63,966 bases of DNA, filler included, from Reticulomyxa filosa (GCA_000512085.1; 26 parts of 26 records of this genome joined end to end with filler, not necessarily neighbours in it); one strand, 5' to 3'; numbered from the whole stretch's first letter, positions 1 through 12,612 are shown. Translations and numbers: made by a program. The notes: generated from the sequence alone by a model not told the origin.

Positions 1-912
1 TTTTTCATTACATCATTTTAAAACATCGCTTGTTATTTTTGGAAAACTTGTTGCTGTCGGAAGAATTATCACTTTTATGATAGTTTGGTATTGATCTTGG
101 ATATCCAAATGAAAGAAAAATTAGTTTAAGACATAATTGTGAAATTCAAATTTATTATATGAAAACACTATCCTATGTACTTGAAAGTGGAAGTAGGACC
201 AATCCAACATAAAACAGTGAGTAAAAATTATTTCTTCTCATAACTCTTCTAGCCATTGCGTTACCTTTTTTCATTTGTCCTTTTTCAGGAAATAACTATT
301 CCATTACAATTGCTTTTTTTCTTCATTTGTATTTCAATTCAAAGTTTTATCTTAAGCATTTCTATTACTTTTCCATTGCCAAACTTATTAAATGTGTTTT
401 TTTTTTGTCAATGAATCATATTTTATTCAAAAATAAATTAAAATTAGAGTGACTTTAAAAGGATTTTTTGAATGAAAGATACAAACAACAAAATTGTGTG
501 CATGGATAATTAGACCATTATTTTAAACCAAGTTGTTTGTTATTTTTTAAATTCCCTTCATATGGATCAATCAATTCAAGTATTACGTTTTGTTATTTCA
601 TTAACATAATTACTTGATTAATATTACATCATTTAGTTTATTTTTATTGAAAATTGATATTGCTTTCAAAGATTATCCAATTTATGTACTTCTTTAGGAT
701 GTCTTACTTTTTTTTGTGTGCACAAAAGCACTCCTATTTTTGTTGTTAGTCCAAATCATTTATTCATTCAAAAAATCAAATATGAATTGCAGATATTCAA
801 TTTGCATTTCAAAGTACTTAAATTTTAAAAATAATTTGAAACCGACAAAATAAAGATCATTTGATAACAAAAAATCATTGAAAAAATTTGAAAATAAAGA
901 AATAAAATGAAA

Positions 913-1135
913 TTATTTGTGGAACCTATTAAATGGTTTCGGATCAATTTTTAAAATATCTTCTGATGGTAATTCAATACCATAAATTGCAATTCTTCCT
1001 TTTCCACCACTACATAATCCACTTCCACCTCCAGTACATGTGATAGTTCCAATAGTTTGTTCCAATTTATTTAAATGAGATTGAGATTGAGATTGATACT
1101 GCAATTCAATCAATATTGATCCTCCACTTCCACCA
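913..1135 (-). CDS. C-terminal part of a Gly-rich hypothetical protein (5' cut by contig end)
   Basis: Open frame GGSGGSILIELQ...GGGSGLCSGGKGRIAIYG runs in from the contig edge to a stop at 913. Confidence 0.5.
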
Positions 1136-1235
1136 NNNNNNNNNNNNNNNNNNNNNNNNNNNNNNNNNNNNNNNNNNNNTTAATTAATTAANNNNNNNNN
1201 NNNNNNNNNNNNNNNNNNNNNNNNNNNNNNNNNNN
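1136..1235. other. Artificial contig linker (44 N + TTAATTAATTAA + 44 N); first of 25 identical copies
   Basis: Identical 100-nt linkers start at 1136, 2417, 4391, 6866, 8862, 10667, 14413, 21397, 25389, 28279, 31813, 33164, 34326, 35483, 36659, 42286, 45525, 46844, 53273, 54715, 56360, 58521, 59758, 61651 and 62867. The core gives stops in all six frames. Confidence 0.99.
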
Positions 1236-1498
1236 GCAATTCTTTGTATTAGACTTAGTGCAAGATCATTTTCCAGCAGCTATCTTATCCTACATTAGCA
1301 TGTACATTTGCAACAGTTATTGTTCTTTCATTTTGTATCATAAATAAAGTCTCTTTTATTGCAACAAAATGTTTTTTTATTTTCCTTAAACCCAATTGAA
1401 GGAAGGTAACATGAAGTAACAAAATTTAAGTTGACTTATTCTCACCAGCGTCATTGTTCGATTAATGAAATCTGATTGCATAAATTAAAATAAGTATA

Positions 1499-1562
1499 CA
1501 ACGAATGCACGCATAAAATGCTACATTATGAAATAATTGATTTTCTCCATAAAAAATAACAA
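1499..1562 (+). repeat. Degenerate TIR copy of the Tc1-like family
   Basis: TA|CAACGAATGCA...ATAATTGATTTTCTCCATAAAAAATAAC aligns by eye to the TIRs at 30982, 37642 and 56192. Confidence 0.5.
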
Positions 1563-1859
1563 TTTTCTTTTTTATATTTGATTATATTTGCTTTCTATTT
1601 GATCAAATGTCTAATGGCCCCAAAAAATTATATTTGAACCCCATCAAATGCGATATTATCTACTGCAAATGAATATTTTAACGTACGACACATAATTTTA
1701 TATCCATTGAACACTCGTATTTGTTTTCTAAATCTTTTGGATGCAAGTATGTTCAATTTGATATTTATGAAGCTATCAATATAGCACTTTTTTTCCATAT
1801 CAATTTTTTACTCTCAAACAAAATATAATTTTTATGAACACTAAACTAACTAAAAGCCA

Positions 1860-2260
1860 TTATATTATACCCCGAATCCGAATAGAACCATTTACTGAAC
1901 CATCATAACATAAAATAATATCTTAATTGTTATTGCTTTTATTTTTTGAATTGAAAAATTTAAGATGTACTGCCCCATCATAATCGTTATTATCATATAC
2001 AGTGTTTTCTTACTTAATTGAAATTCCAAAAGCAAGTTATATTATCACATGATTCAAAACATATTATATTTCTATTATCATCAACTTCACTCTTGCAAAG
2101 AATTGTGTAATTCTTGCTTTGTAAAAGTTGTATATTATGCCTTTGCTGAACAAAAGTGACAACAACTTCATTAAGATTTGGTGGAAAAATTACCATTCTG
2201 ACTGGCAGTGAAAATGATTGATGAGAAAATAAAAGATCAAGCAGGTTTATGTGTCAAATC
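1860..2260 (-). pseudogene. Decayed C-terminus of a WD40-family gene
   Basis: Fragments NRNIICFESCDNITCFWNF and YDGSVNGSIRI resemble WD40 repeats elsewhere in the window; broken by stops and frameshifts. Confidence 0.35.
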
Positions 2261-2516
2261 TACTTCCATTACAAAAAATTGTTGAAAAATATATCAATGG
2301 GGGTTTGTGCTTTGCCTTGGTCCGATGATCGCTACATCATGGATCTACGCGTTGATAGCTTTTGGCATGGGCGCAGGAATCTATGTGTATGTGATGTACA
2401 AAAAATCAAATTATACNNNNNNNNNNNNNNNNNNNNNNNNNNNNNNNNNNNNNNNNNNNNTTAATTAATTAANNNNNNNNNNNNNNNNNNNNNNNNNNNN
2501 NNNNNNNNNNNNNNNN

Positions 2517-2569
2517 ATTCTCTTCATATAATGCCATTTAGGTATTGCAGTTTTTTTTGCTATATACTG
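2517..2569 (-). mobile_element. Tc1-like TIR at contig edge
   Basis: Reverse complement reads TA|CAGTATATAGCAAAAAAAACTGCAATACCTAAATGGCATTATATGAAGAGAAT; 29 nt are identical to 37666-37694; TA at 2570-2571. Confidence 0.8.
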
Positions 2570-4182
2570 TAGTACAAAAGGATTATTTTATTTCTTCACC
2601 ATTGTCTAAAGTAAAAGTTTATTCAATGAAAATATTCACAACAAATGTTACACCATCATTGAGATATATTTCAAATTTTTGGAAAGTCAAAAAAACAACG
2701 TTTTGATAAAATTTCAATTATTATTTCAAATTGTAAAAATTTGCAAATAGAAAAGTCAAACGAAAAAAGTTCTAATAATGTTGTCTTAAAGATACAAAAA
2801 AGTAAAAGATTTTCGAGAAAAAAAGACGAAAAAACGATCATGAATAGTTTTGAATTTGAAAAAAATTAGTTAATAATATTTATTAAATATCTCATCAAAT
2901 CAACTCACAATAAATACAACTGATACTTTTTCACTATTGACTCCATAATTGTTTTGTTAATATATTTACCTTTTAATGTTTATCTTTTTCATTATTTTTG
3001 TTATAAACTTTTAGGAATGAAATATAAACAGAAATAAGTTGTTTTGGATCAGAGATATAATTATCCACAATGTCCTTTCTAAAGACAACAAAATGTGCTT
3101 TTTCCTATTTTGATTCCCCCTGGATTATCGCCATTTTTTTTATGAGATATATGTTATATTTTGTTAAAATTTCAATAGCTAAATGGGATTTATAACGTTC
3201 TGCTATTTTTCTATTTCTCCATCTACAGATAATATCATTAATTTTTGCTAATATTTTATCGCTTTGATGTCTCAGATTTTCCTATTTGATCTCCATTCCA
3301 CCCTGATCAGATTCAAAAGATAGCAAAGTGACTTGATTTCTATATTTGTTATTGATATTGTTGTTATCTACAGTTTCACTACACAGTGCCCTTTTAATTC
3401 AACGTCATTTGGATACCCATAGATAAGCTTGATTGTATGATAAAAATAACAAGCTTTTTATCTTTACATCCACAAGTGAGGAGTCCGTGTTTGTATAGCA
3501 TAGTTAAAAGTGGAGTAGGTAAATCCTTCAAACTTTGGAAGGGAATTGAAGTACTAAGATGTTGATTTTATTCAGTTTGCTTAGTTTGTTTTTCAGGGTG
3601 TTTTTGTGTTGCAATTCGATTACCCACCTTGTGAATGTTGCGGAATTTTTAAAGAGTTTTTAATTGTTTTAAAAAAGGGTGACACGACCCTTTTGAAATC
3701 CAAAGAAAGCATTAAAAAGTTTTTCGCATACTGTTGAACTGGAAAAAGTAATTATTTTGTGCATAATTATACAGACAAACATAGCATATATCAACATGCA
3801 GAGGTAATTCACTGGAAAATGTTTAAAAAAAACAAATTGGGCATTCATTGACTTTATGACCAGCTTTGGAAATTTTTTCAAGTATTGATTTTCTTTCAAT
3901 GAAACAAAATCACAATACTTAATCAATCACAAATCTTCATTAAATGGGACAGCAACTATAAATGAAGTTATTGTTTCGAATAAAGTAAAAAATAAATTTC
4001 TAAGATACTGCCGTTTGAGACGTTTCATCCCCAAAAACTTAACAAAAAAAACATAGACTTCTTTTTTTTTCTGGTAATGTTTGCAAAATTCTTAACTTTG
4101 AATATGATTACAACATTAACTCTTTCATGGACGAAAGGGCATACTTTTAGATATTTAAACGTCTTTTTTTTTTCCGCAAGTA

Positions 4183-4390
4183 CAGTAGAATAAAAAATAA
4201 AGTTGGCACTTAAAACTGCAGCTCAGTATAGTTTGATATTTGTATTTTTTAATCATTTTTATTTTTTTAAAAATGATTAGGCGTTGAGCACTTTTTGAAA
4301 TGCTTTAAAAAAAGTTGGCAAATGTCATAGTTGAGGCACAGTCACTATTGTCAACTTTTTCTCGAAAATTTTCAAAAATCAATATTCAGA
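4183..4390 (+). mobile_element. Non-autonomous Tc1-like element, left end plus internal segment (cut by contig end)
   Basis: TA|CAGTAGAATAAAAAATAAAGTTGGCAC terminus; 4285-4390 aligns with 44655-44765 and, reversed, with 31170-31265. Confidence 0.75.
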
Positions 4391-4495
4391 NNNNNNNNNN
4401 NNNNNNNNNNNNNNNNNNNNNNNNNNNNNNNNNNTTAATTAATTAANNNNNNNNNNNNNNNNNNNNNNNNNNNNNNNNNNNNNNNNNNNNTATTA

Positions 4496-4528
<33 letters not shown>

Positions 4529-4533
<5 letters not shown>

Positions 4534-5221
4534 ACCTGTTTTGCAATTGGACGTGAAGAAGCTTGAGCTGATCAATGTTCAGTTGATCATCATTGAGTTG
4601 CAAATATTGATCATCGCTGGTCGCTTGAAATCCAACCGACAGCAACATCTTTTGCAAGTACAAATAACTCGAGTGAATTTTACTGTCGTCTCCGCTGCCG
4701 TGACTGCTGTTGCTTTGCTGGAGCGACTTGGACATCATTTCACGGATTTTTCGCATGTTGATCTTGCGATACTTCATTTCTGATGGATGGTCCACTATTG
4801 TGCCAATGATCTTCATCAACATGTCCAATGACACTTCATCTGCTGTCAACCAACCTGGACGCTTTAAATCTTTTGACGCTCTCGCCGCTCGCTTCTCTTC
4901 TTTCATTGCCGTCGTTTGTGTCTCCACCCACATTTTCAACAACTCGCTTGCGTCGCTCACGTTCCCATGCGCTTCGCTCAGAAATGCTTCGATTGTCTCT
5001 TGTGGCACGGCTGGAAACTCACGATGCAGTTGCGCCACGCCACTGTCATTGTCATCCCCTCCCTCTTCTTTCTTTTCTGCTGACTCACATTTATACGAAT
5101 CATTGATCATTTGCAATTGCTCTTTTGCTGATTCCACATCTCCATCGTTCCCTTCCAATACCTCTTCTATCAGAGATGGATCGACAAGTGGAAATAGATT
5201 ATGTAGTTGTTGTGCGTCCAT
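4529..5221 (-). CDS. Tandem CUE/UBA-like domains plus PUB domain protein (candidate p97/Cdc48 cofactor); probably continues after an intron
   Basis: Two CUE-like motifs (QLHNLFPLVDPSLIEEVLEGNDGDVESA; QLHREFPAVPQETIEAFLSEAHGNVSDA) and the PUB signature LMKIIGTIVDHPSEMKYRKIN...LLSVGF. Confidence 0.8.
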
Positions 5222-5584
5222 TTTTCAAAAGGGGGTAGCCACGCGTCCACGTTTTTTTTCGGCAAAAATATTGCAAAAAGAAAGCAGAGAGTGCAAATGA
5301 AAAAAATAAAATAAAATAAAATAATGGTGATTCCCCGCCAAAGATCCTAACAAAGCAATAGGATAGAACGAGGTGAGAAGGATTTTTTTTTAGGATTCCG
5401 TTTTTTAGAACACGTCATCGAGTCATTTCCAGAAACTTTTCTTTAATATTAATTTCTTATCATTGAAGATCAATCATTTTCAGGTCTGTTTAAGTCCATG
5501 TGACAAGTTAAATAATGGAATCAAACGCAGCAACGCCAAATAAACATAGGGAGAAAAAGATAGAGAGAGAGAGAAAAAAAGGGA

Positions 5585-6035
5585 ATGTCAGCAGCAACGT
5601 ATTACTGCCATATGTGCGAAAAAGAAGTGACGGATGTGAGTATAGCGGACGGTATAATAAAATGTAACGGATGCAACGATATTTATGTGGAGGTGATGGA
5701 TAACGAGAACGACACGCAAAGTTTTTTGAGAGAGCAAAAGGAAGAGAGTAATAATGACAGAAAGATGGATGTGGATTCACCTTCGTTGGCAAGTGGATCA
5801 AGCAGTATGACTAGCACAAGCACAAATGCAAGTCGTAACACAGGCAATAACAACAACAATAATAATAATAATAATAATAATAACAATAACAATAACAATA
5901 ATAACGACCCATTAAATTTTATGGAAAGAATGCTTCAGCAAATGACAGGAGGATTGCGAACGAATAATTCGAATGTTCAAATATATGTTAATGGACGACG
6001 AGTTGTATTGAATGATAACAATAATAATAATAATG

Positions 6036-6069
<34 letters not shown>

Positions 6070-6810
6070 TAATAATAACAATAATCCTAATCCTAATAAT
6101 AATAACGATTTCTTTTTTAACATGTTTAATGCAATGAACAACTTTGGCCATTTTGACACTGGAGACAACTGGAATGCCGGAGGCGGTGGCGGTGCCAATC
6201 GTGGCTTTTCGCTGGGCGATTATGGGTTTGGCAGGAATCTCGCCGACATAATTGCAAATTTAGGTGATATCAACGCCGGCGCTCATGGCCCACCTCCGAC
6301 TAGTAAGCAGGTGGTCGACCATTTGCCTGTTATCATCTTCGAAGGGGTAGATAAGACACAAGAAAATGCAGCAGCAGCAGCAGGAAGGGAAGGAGAAGGA
6401 GAAGGAGAAGGAGAAGGAAAAGGTAATGAAAAAAAGAAGAGAAAGAAGAAGAAGAAGAAAAACAGAAAATGAAAAATGAGGGTGATAACTATTCCAATAG
6501 CAACGGCCCACAATTGACTGATACGAATACATTTGCTGACAAAGACAATCCACATGCTTCCCATTCCTCAAACAGTGTTAATCTGTCGACTTGTCCCATT
6601 TGCAAAGATGAGTTTGCTCGTGGAGATAAGCTTCATCTCCTTCCTTGTCAACATAGATATCACTGCGATTGCATCTTGCCTTGGTTGAATCAACACAACA
6701 CTTGTCCCGTCTGCCGTTACGAATTCCCCACTGATGATCATGTCTATGAACAAATCAGAGCTTTTCGAACCCAACATAACAATGCCACTCAACAAAATAG
6801 ACAAACGTAG
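5585..6810 (+). CDS. RNF126/RNF115-like RING-H2 E3 ligase (one frameshift in an A-run near 6428-6435)
   Basis: N-terminal zinc ribbon YYCHMC...CNGC..IYVE, then GPPPTSKQVVDHLP, then RING-H2 CPICKDEF..LPCQHRYHCDCILPWLNQHNTCPVCRYEFPTDD. One extra A joins the two ORFs. Confidence 0.88.
5846..6105 (+). repeat. (AAT/AAC)n microsatellites encoding poly-Asn
   Basis: Two long trinucleotide tracts inside the RING E3 ORF. Confidence 0.9.
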
Positions 6811-7019
6811 AAGAAACTTCCTAAATCTTTTGCATTTCGCAAAAAAAAAAAAAAAAAAAAAACTTNNNNNNNNNNNNNNNNNNNNNNNNNNNNNNNNNNN
6901 NNNNNNNNNTTAATTAATTAANNNNNNNNNNNNNNNNNNNNNNNNNNNNNNNNNNNNNNNNNNNNATATATATATATATACATATATATATATACATATA
7001 TATATATATTTTTGGTTCA

Positions 7020-7659
7020 TTGCTTAACCAAACAAATCAGCTGGAAAATAAGAAACAATCCCGACGGGCCTTTTGGTTCGGACCAAGCGCAACAGAGAGC
7101 AAGACTTCTTATTTTTTTACAAAGCTTTGGTTTATCATTGGTAGTATGCCTGCAAAATATAGGAATACATCTTTGACTCTTGGCCAAATCGTAGACTGGG
7201 CTGTTGCTTTTTACAGGCGAAATCAAGATTACGACAGAATTACCAATAACTGCCAAATATTTGCTCTGTTCGTAGTTTGTTTGTTTATTTGTATCTGCTT
7301 GTTTTTTTTTTTTTTTTTTTTAACGTTCCATTACAATGATGACAACAACATAAATCAGCCATTTAGTCCATAACTTCGATGAAAAGAAAGCCTCGGTTTT
7401 GGGATATGCATCAGACACCACCGTTGTTTCCCTTCCGTATATTGGTGTGAATTTCAGATCCGCGAATGACACCAAGGTTGACGACGTTGTCTCGCCTAAT
7501 GTTTTGCAAAGAGTTGACACTCCACAGCCATCAACAAAGCCTGAAAAATCAAGGCCTGAAAGGTCAAAGTCTGTGCTGGTAATGTCTAAACAGACCGAAG
7601 TAGAAAGGCCTCTATGTATGGATGAATATTGGGAGTTGACTGGAGAACAAGCAGATTAA
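7020..7659 (+). CDS. 3' exons of a protein with a PPPDE/permuted papain-fold-like motif
   Basis: YDRITNNCQIFA resembles the Y-x4-NC catalytic motif; probable intron about 7269-7358; stop at 7659. Confidence 0.4.
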
Positions 7660-8089
7660 CTTTCTTTGGATGCATTCTCTCCACCAACAATAATAACATT
7701 TTTTATCTCTTTTTCCCTAGATGTCTCTTACGTTTTATCTTGAATATTGACGAACCAAAAAAATTTGGACTTTTTCAGACGCAAGCTTCACTAGTAAGTA
7801 TTCATTATCCATTTCCTGGCAGTGATGCAAACGCGTGTTTCTTTTTTTTTTTTTTCCTCTCCTCCACAAATATATGCTCATTTCAAAAATTTTTCATAAA
7901 TAGTTTATAAGATTTAGCTAAGAATACGAGCAAATTGCAAATACTGCGTGCAGTCAAAGCTAAGAAGGAAAGAATAGAAGTCAAATCTAGTATATTTGGT
8001 TTTTGTACCAACTACGAAAATTTTCCAAAGAGCGCCTTGGGGGGAAAGAGGTAGTAACAGAGATAGGAAAAAAAAACTTTTGAAGATAA

Positions 8090-8811
8090 ATGACAGATCC
8101 AACTCTTGATTCTTTCACAAGACTGCCTGATTTGCCACAAGAGGGCCGCAAGGCGGTAAAAGCCTCGTCATATGGTAATTCGGGGCCTATACTTAAATCG
8201 TCGTCAAGTAACGCTTTGAAAAACATCAACAATGGCACCGACCAAGATGTATTGTAGTGTGTTTCTTCATTAAACTTTTTTAATTGCAAAAAAAAAAAAA
8301 AAGGACTTGGGAAAAAAAAATTACATTAATTTAAAAAAAAAACTAAATAAAGAATCAAAGGAACATAGATCAGTATCGTTCAAAGCGTAATCGCTCGCAG
8401 AACCAAATGATTCCTCCTCCACCTCCACTCCCGCCCCCCCCTCCGCTACAGCAGTCCGTGTCCAGAGGCAGTGCACATGGGCAAGAGGCCATAGTGTCTC
8501 CATATGTTGGTTCGTCACAGCAGCAAGGAGAGCGAAGGAGTAACAGCCACCGAGCCAACTTGAATAGCACCAACTTGAATAGCACCAACTCGAATAGCGC
8601 CAACTCGAACTCACGTCGATTCATTCGATCCCATACCGACGCAGATCAACCTCTGAGCAATGACACGCGATTTCAACAATTCAATGACAGCATGCATCCA
8701 AACGTCAGCCCCCCAACTAATAGACATAAAAAGCCCAAGCTCAAAGTGGGTGGATTAGGCCGAGATATAGCCGCAGGTGACGCAATATGCGTATATAGTA
8801 TACATATTTAA
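8090..8811 (+). CDS. Hypothetical proline-rich protein, multi-exon, partial
   Basis: ATG at 8090, poly-Pro exon at 8407, 15-nt tandem repeat (NLNST) near 8555-8610. Confidence 0.35.
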
Positions 8812-10766
8812 AGTATATGCACTAGTTTTTTTTTTTTTTTCAAAAGAATGGGTTTACAAAANNNNNNNNNNNNNNNNNNNNNNNNNNNNNNNNNNNNNNN
8901 NNNNNTTAATTAATTAANNNNNNNNNNNNNNNNNNNNNNNNNNNNNNNNNNNNNNNNNNNNGAAAGGTATGTTCTTACAAAACAGAACTATGTAGAAGAA
9001 GATGAAATAAGATGCTTTGTACATCAATTAGCTGTGATATCAATTGCGTTAGAAACTGTTGATGAGCACAGTATATTGTATTGTGTTAAGAAAATGATTA
9101 ATGCATGTCAAATGCTAACATCATCGTCATTTGAAGATTTGTTTTATGGAATTTTCTTTTTCGAATTCGTACGCAATGTATTCTTTCCAAAAATAAAATA
9201 AATAACAATGTCAAATTATTTCAACAAACATTTGGAAGTAAAGATAAATGGGAGAAAATAAATACGACTGTGGATGAATCTAATGGACAGTATTATAAAA
9301 TTAATCAAACTTTTAAGGAATGAAAGAAAGGGAAAACAGACATTCAACCTGGAGCTTATCAATTTTCATATACAAATGAAGGATTTGATTTTTTGTTTTT
9401 CTTTCAACATATATTATTGCAATTGCAGATGTAAAAGGATTTGCATGGACAACACGATATAGATTATGAAGAAAAAAATTAGTGATGACATAATTGTAAC
9501 TAAGCCATTGACAATCAATTGGAATACCATTCAGGAACTATTAGTCAAAGAAATTTCAGATCCATACAATGCAATTAATAAATTGAAAGCATAAAAAAGT
9601 AAAACAATGAAACTAATTGAAGAATTTTAAAAAAATATCAAGTGTACTATTTTGGCATAGTACCATATATAAAAAAGAAAATGAACAAAACTTAGTAATT
9701 GTAGTAGAACTTTTTGAAGAGTCTCAAGTAAAAGAAGCTGAAGATTGGAACTATTCATTTGAAAATTTGATGGAGTTGCTAATTACATTTGGTGCTTTGT
9801 CCAGCAAATAAAAACATTAAATTGGTAAAAATATTATTATTTACAAATCATTTGAAATATTTATTTAATAATCTTATTTCGTTTTTTTTTATTAAAAAAA
9901 GGGAAAAAAATTGTTTTGAATAGCAATGGAAATATTATTGTCTTTCTTTTTGGTTCATGTATAGTATTCGAATAATGTATCAAAATAATGTTTAATTTGG
10001 AAAAAAAATCTTTTGAAGTTTTTAATTTATTTATTTTCAAGCAATGTGTTATTTATTATTGCTAATAGTGCTTGGACAATGAATAGGTTATGCAAAAAAA
10101 AAAAAGTATCTTTAAGTTATAAAACTACCCAAACCAAATTTGAGCTAATTTTTATACTCAAAATGTAGATTACCAAACAGTTTTAATTTTGGTTAATACT
10201 TTTTTTTTTACGTGTCAGGCAGCTGACTATCTTTTTTCAAATCAATTAAAATCTTTTTTTTTGCATTTTGGAAATATTATGAAATGACTAGACATTCCAA
10301 TCTCAAAATTTAAAAAGAAAAAAAAGGAAACATATACTTATTCTATGATAGCTTCATTAAATTTTTAATATACAAAAATATAATGAAAATCTAATGAGTT
10401 ACATTTTGTTGATTTATAAATTAATTTTGCTTTCAAAGAAATAAATGAGCACAAAATATTATTACAACTTCAACTAACTAATTTAAATTATATTAAATTT
10501 TTGTCATTACTGTAATGCTTTCCCATCTTTGTATCTAAATTACGATTATTATAATATGTTTCTGATTTTTCAGTATTGTATGTATATTTGCATTACTAGT
10601 TTGATATTAAGTTATCTTTTTCTTAAGCTTTATGAATCATTAATTTCGCTTTTATATAATCATGCANNNNNNNNNNNNNNNNNNNNNNNNNNNNNNNNNN
10701 NNNNNNNNNNTTAATTAATTAANNNNNNNNNNNNNNNNNNNNNNNNNNNNNNNNNNNNNNNNNNNN

Positions 10767-10939
10767 AAAGTAAGAGTGGAACATATACAGTTGAGAGTAT
10801 AAATTGCAACGTCAGGCATTATCTAGCTAGATTTAGGCGCTGGTCAAGATGCTATTCAAAATCTCCAGCTATGGTTGAATTAGCCATAGTCTTCTTATTT
10901 GAAGAAGACTTGTTGATGTATCTTTAAGGTAGCAATCCC
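10767..10939 (+). mobile_element. IS1-family element right end: transposase C-terminus (10769-10927) plus terminal inverted repeat
   Basis: Frame 10769-10927 reads SKSGTYTVESINCNVRHYLARFRRWSRCYSKSPAMVELAI, the IS1 InsB-type TxxVExxNxxxRHxLARxxRxxxCYSKS motif. The end ...GGTAGCAATCCC reverses to GGGATTG, matching GGnnnTG. Confidence 0.8.
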
Positions 10940-10949
10940 CTAAAAATAA

Positions 10950-11987
10950 ATGATTATATTTATAAACGAGCAGAAAAAAATTACCTATAATATTAGTACC
11001 ATTTTTTATATTTTATGTGCAGTAGTTGCTGCTTATCTATTGATGTCGTTTTTTCATCTCTCTGCTTTAATAACCAAGCAACCCGCTACATTATTCGCTT
11101 GGGGCGGAGTCTTTATGGTAATTTCATATAGCTTATATTTTATGGCTAGAAGAGGTTATATGGTACAATATAATCTGCTACTGCAGATTTTGGTTTCTTT
11201 GATGCTAATTAGCAAATACTTAATTATTGCTAGTGCTATAAATTATTTAGAACAATCATTTTTTCGAACGTTAATCGCAGCATTTACTGCTATTTTGCTC
11301 ACTATTTTAACCTATCAAACATATAAAGTTTTTGCAGATAGGTTGATTTCAACAATGGTTACTTTTGTTCTGATATATACAAGCTTAGTTTTCGATGAAA
11401 AACTAAATAGTGATTTAACGTTATGGTTTGATATTTATATTGCCGCATTACTTTTTTTCTTTTTATATTTTCAAACTTACGGTCGAGATAAAAAATTTTA
11501 TAATCCAATGTCGCTGAGCATTATTCTTATGCTAATTCTGGTGCTAACAATCATAACTTTTGAATCTTCAAACTATCCCGTAGGAAATTTAAATATAATA
11601 CCAAGTTTGGGGTTTGGTAAATTTTGCTTATCAGCAGGTTTGGCTTGGGTATTGATATACATTCTATCAATAATGAAAAAATTAAGTCCTGTAAGTCCTG
11701 TAGCTTTAATAATAACCACATTAATCTCAGGGTTGATAGGATTTACATTTCATCCTTCACTTACTTTCTCAATGATATTACTATTGTTGGGTAAAATGAG
11801 AAATACAGCGCTAATATCATTTTTGGGTTATTTTAACTTAATCATATTCTCAATTTATTACTTAAATTTAGGTGGATTGGATTATATGAGTAAGTCAATA
11901 ATATTGATGGCTAGTGGTTTAGCCTTAGTAGTAGCCAGTTATATTGCTAAATATATTAATCGAACATCAAATAAAAGCTATGTTTAG
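10950..11987 (+). CDS. Bacterial multi-pass membrane protein, DUF4401-like
   Basis: 345 aa, intronless, about 10 hydrophobic segments, C-terminal YYLNL..LDYMSKSIILMASG motif; overlaps a GDYXXLXY-like gene as in the known cluster. Confidence 0.65.
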   Translation: MIIFINEQKKITYNISTIFYILCAVVAAYLLMSFFHLSALITKQPATLFAWGGVFMVISYSLYFMARRGYMVQYNLLLQILVSLMLISKYLIIASAINYLEQSFFRTLIAAFTAILLTILTYQTYKVFADRLISTMVTFVLIYTSLVFDEKLNSDLTLWFDIYIAALLFFFLYFQTYGRDKKFYNPMSLSIILMLILVLTIITFESSNYPVGNLNIIPSLGFGKFCLSAGLAWVLIYILSIMKKLSPVSPVALIITTLISGLIGFTFHPSLTFSMILLLLGKMRNTALISFLGYFNLIIFSIYYLNLGGLDYMSKSIILMASGLALVVASYIAKYINRTSNKSYV

Positions 11988-12460
11988 AAAAGTTTCGTTA
12001 CTTATTATATTCGCGGTTGCAATTTTTTCGATATTTTATCAATTGGTTTATAAAGAAAAAAAGTTAGAAAGCGATCAAACTTTTTACTGGAAATTATACC
12101 ATTAAACAATAAGCTTAGGCTTAAAGGTGAGTTAATAGAATTAGATTATTTAATTGCGCCTAATGTTAAGTACATCAAGCAGTGAAGGTAGCTTCATAGT
12201 CCGGTTAAATGAAGAGAAAATCGGTAAAATTGTTAGTGTTTATAATGGTGAAAAGTTAGATAAAAATGAATTATTGATTTCTTATACGCATTCTGTGTGG
12301 GGAAACATTGTTGTAAAGCCGAATGCCCTCCTTATTAACTATCAAAAAAGCAGATGCAATATATAAAGCTAAATATGCCATCTTAAAAATCAAAAATAAC
12401 GAATATATTGAATTATTAGGAATAGCTGACGCACAAAAGAATATGCTAAAAGTTAAGTAA
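11980..12460 (+). pseudogene. GDYXXLXY-family membrane-anchored protein broken by about three frameshifts (decay or sequencing error)
   Basis: Stitched frames give MFRKVSLLIIFAV.. / FLLEIIPLNNKLRLKGELIELDYLIA / EGSFIVRLNEEKIG..ELLISY / YKAKYAILKIKNNEYIELLGIADAQKNML*, collinear with the family pattern. Confidence 0.6.
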
Positions 12461-12583
12461 TATCGATTTCTAAAGCTCGTTGATTAAGTATTAAATACCA
12501 AGTATTAGCGATGTCTAACACTGGTAAAATATCTAGTAATTATAAAGGCTTATAACCATTTAAATTACTATTATAAAAAAGTA

Positions 12584-12612
12584 TTGACACTATTGGTTAT
12601 GAGTTATATATT
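12584..12612 (+). promoter_or_regulatory. Sigma70-type rrn promoter
   Basis: TTGACA (12584-12589), 17-nt spacer, TATATT (12607-12612), AT-rich UP-like tract upstream. Confidence 0.75.

Noticed and set aside
4496-6571. Poly-Leu/Ile/Phe ORFs here and in similar tracts elsewhere
   Set aside because: Antisense or off-frame readings of AAT and GAA microsatellites within real genes.
8962-10666. Short ORFs in AT-rich contigs (also 2570-4180, 35583-36658, 38360-39130)
   Set aside because: Probably decayed coding sequence, but no family motif could be recognised.
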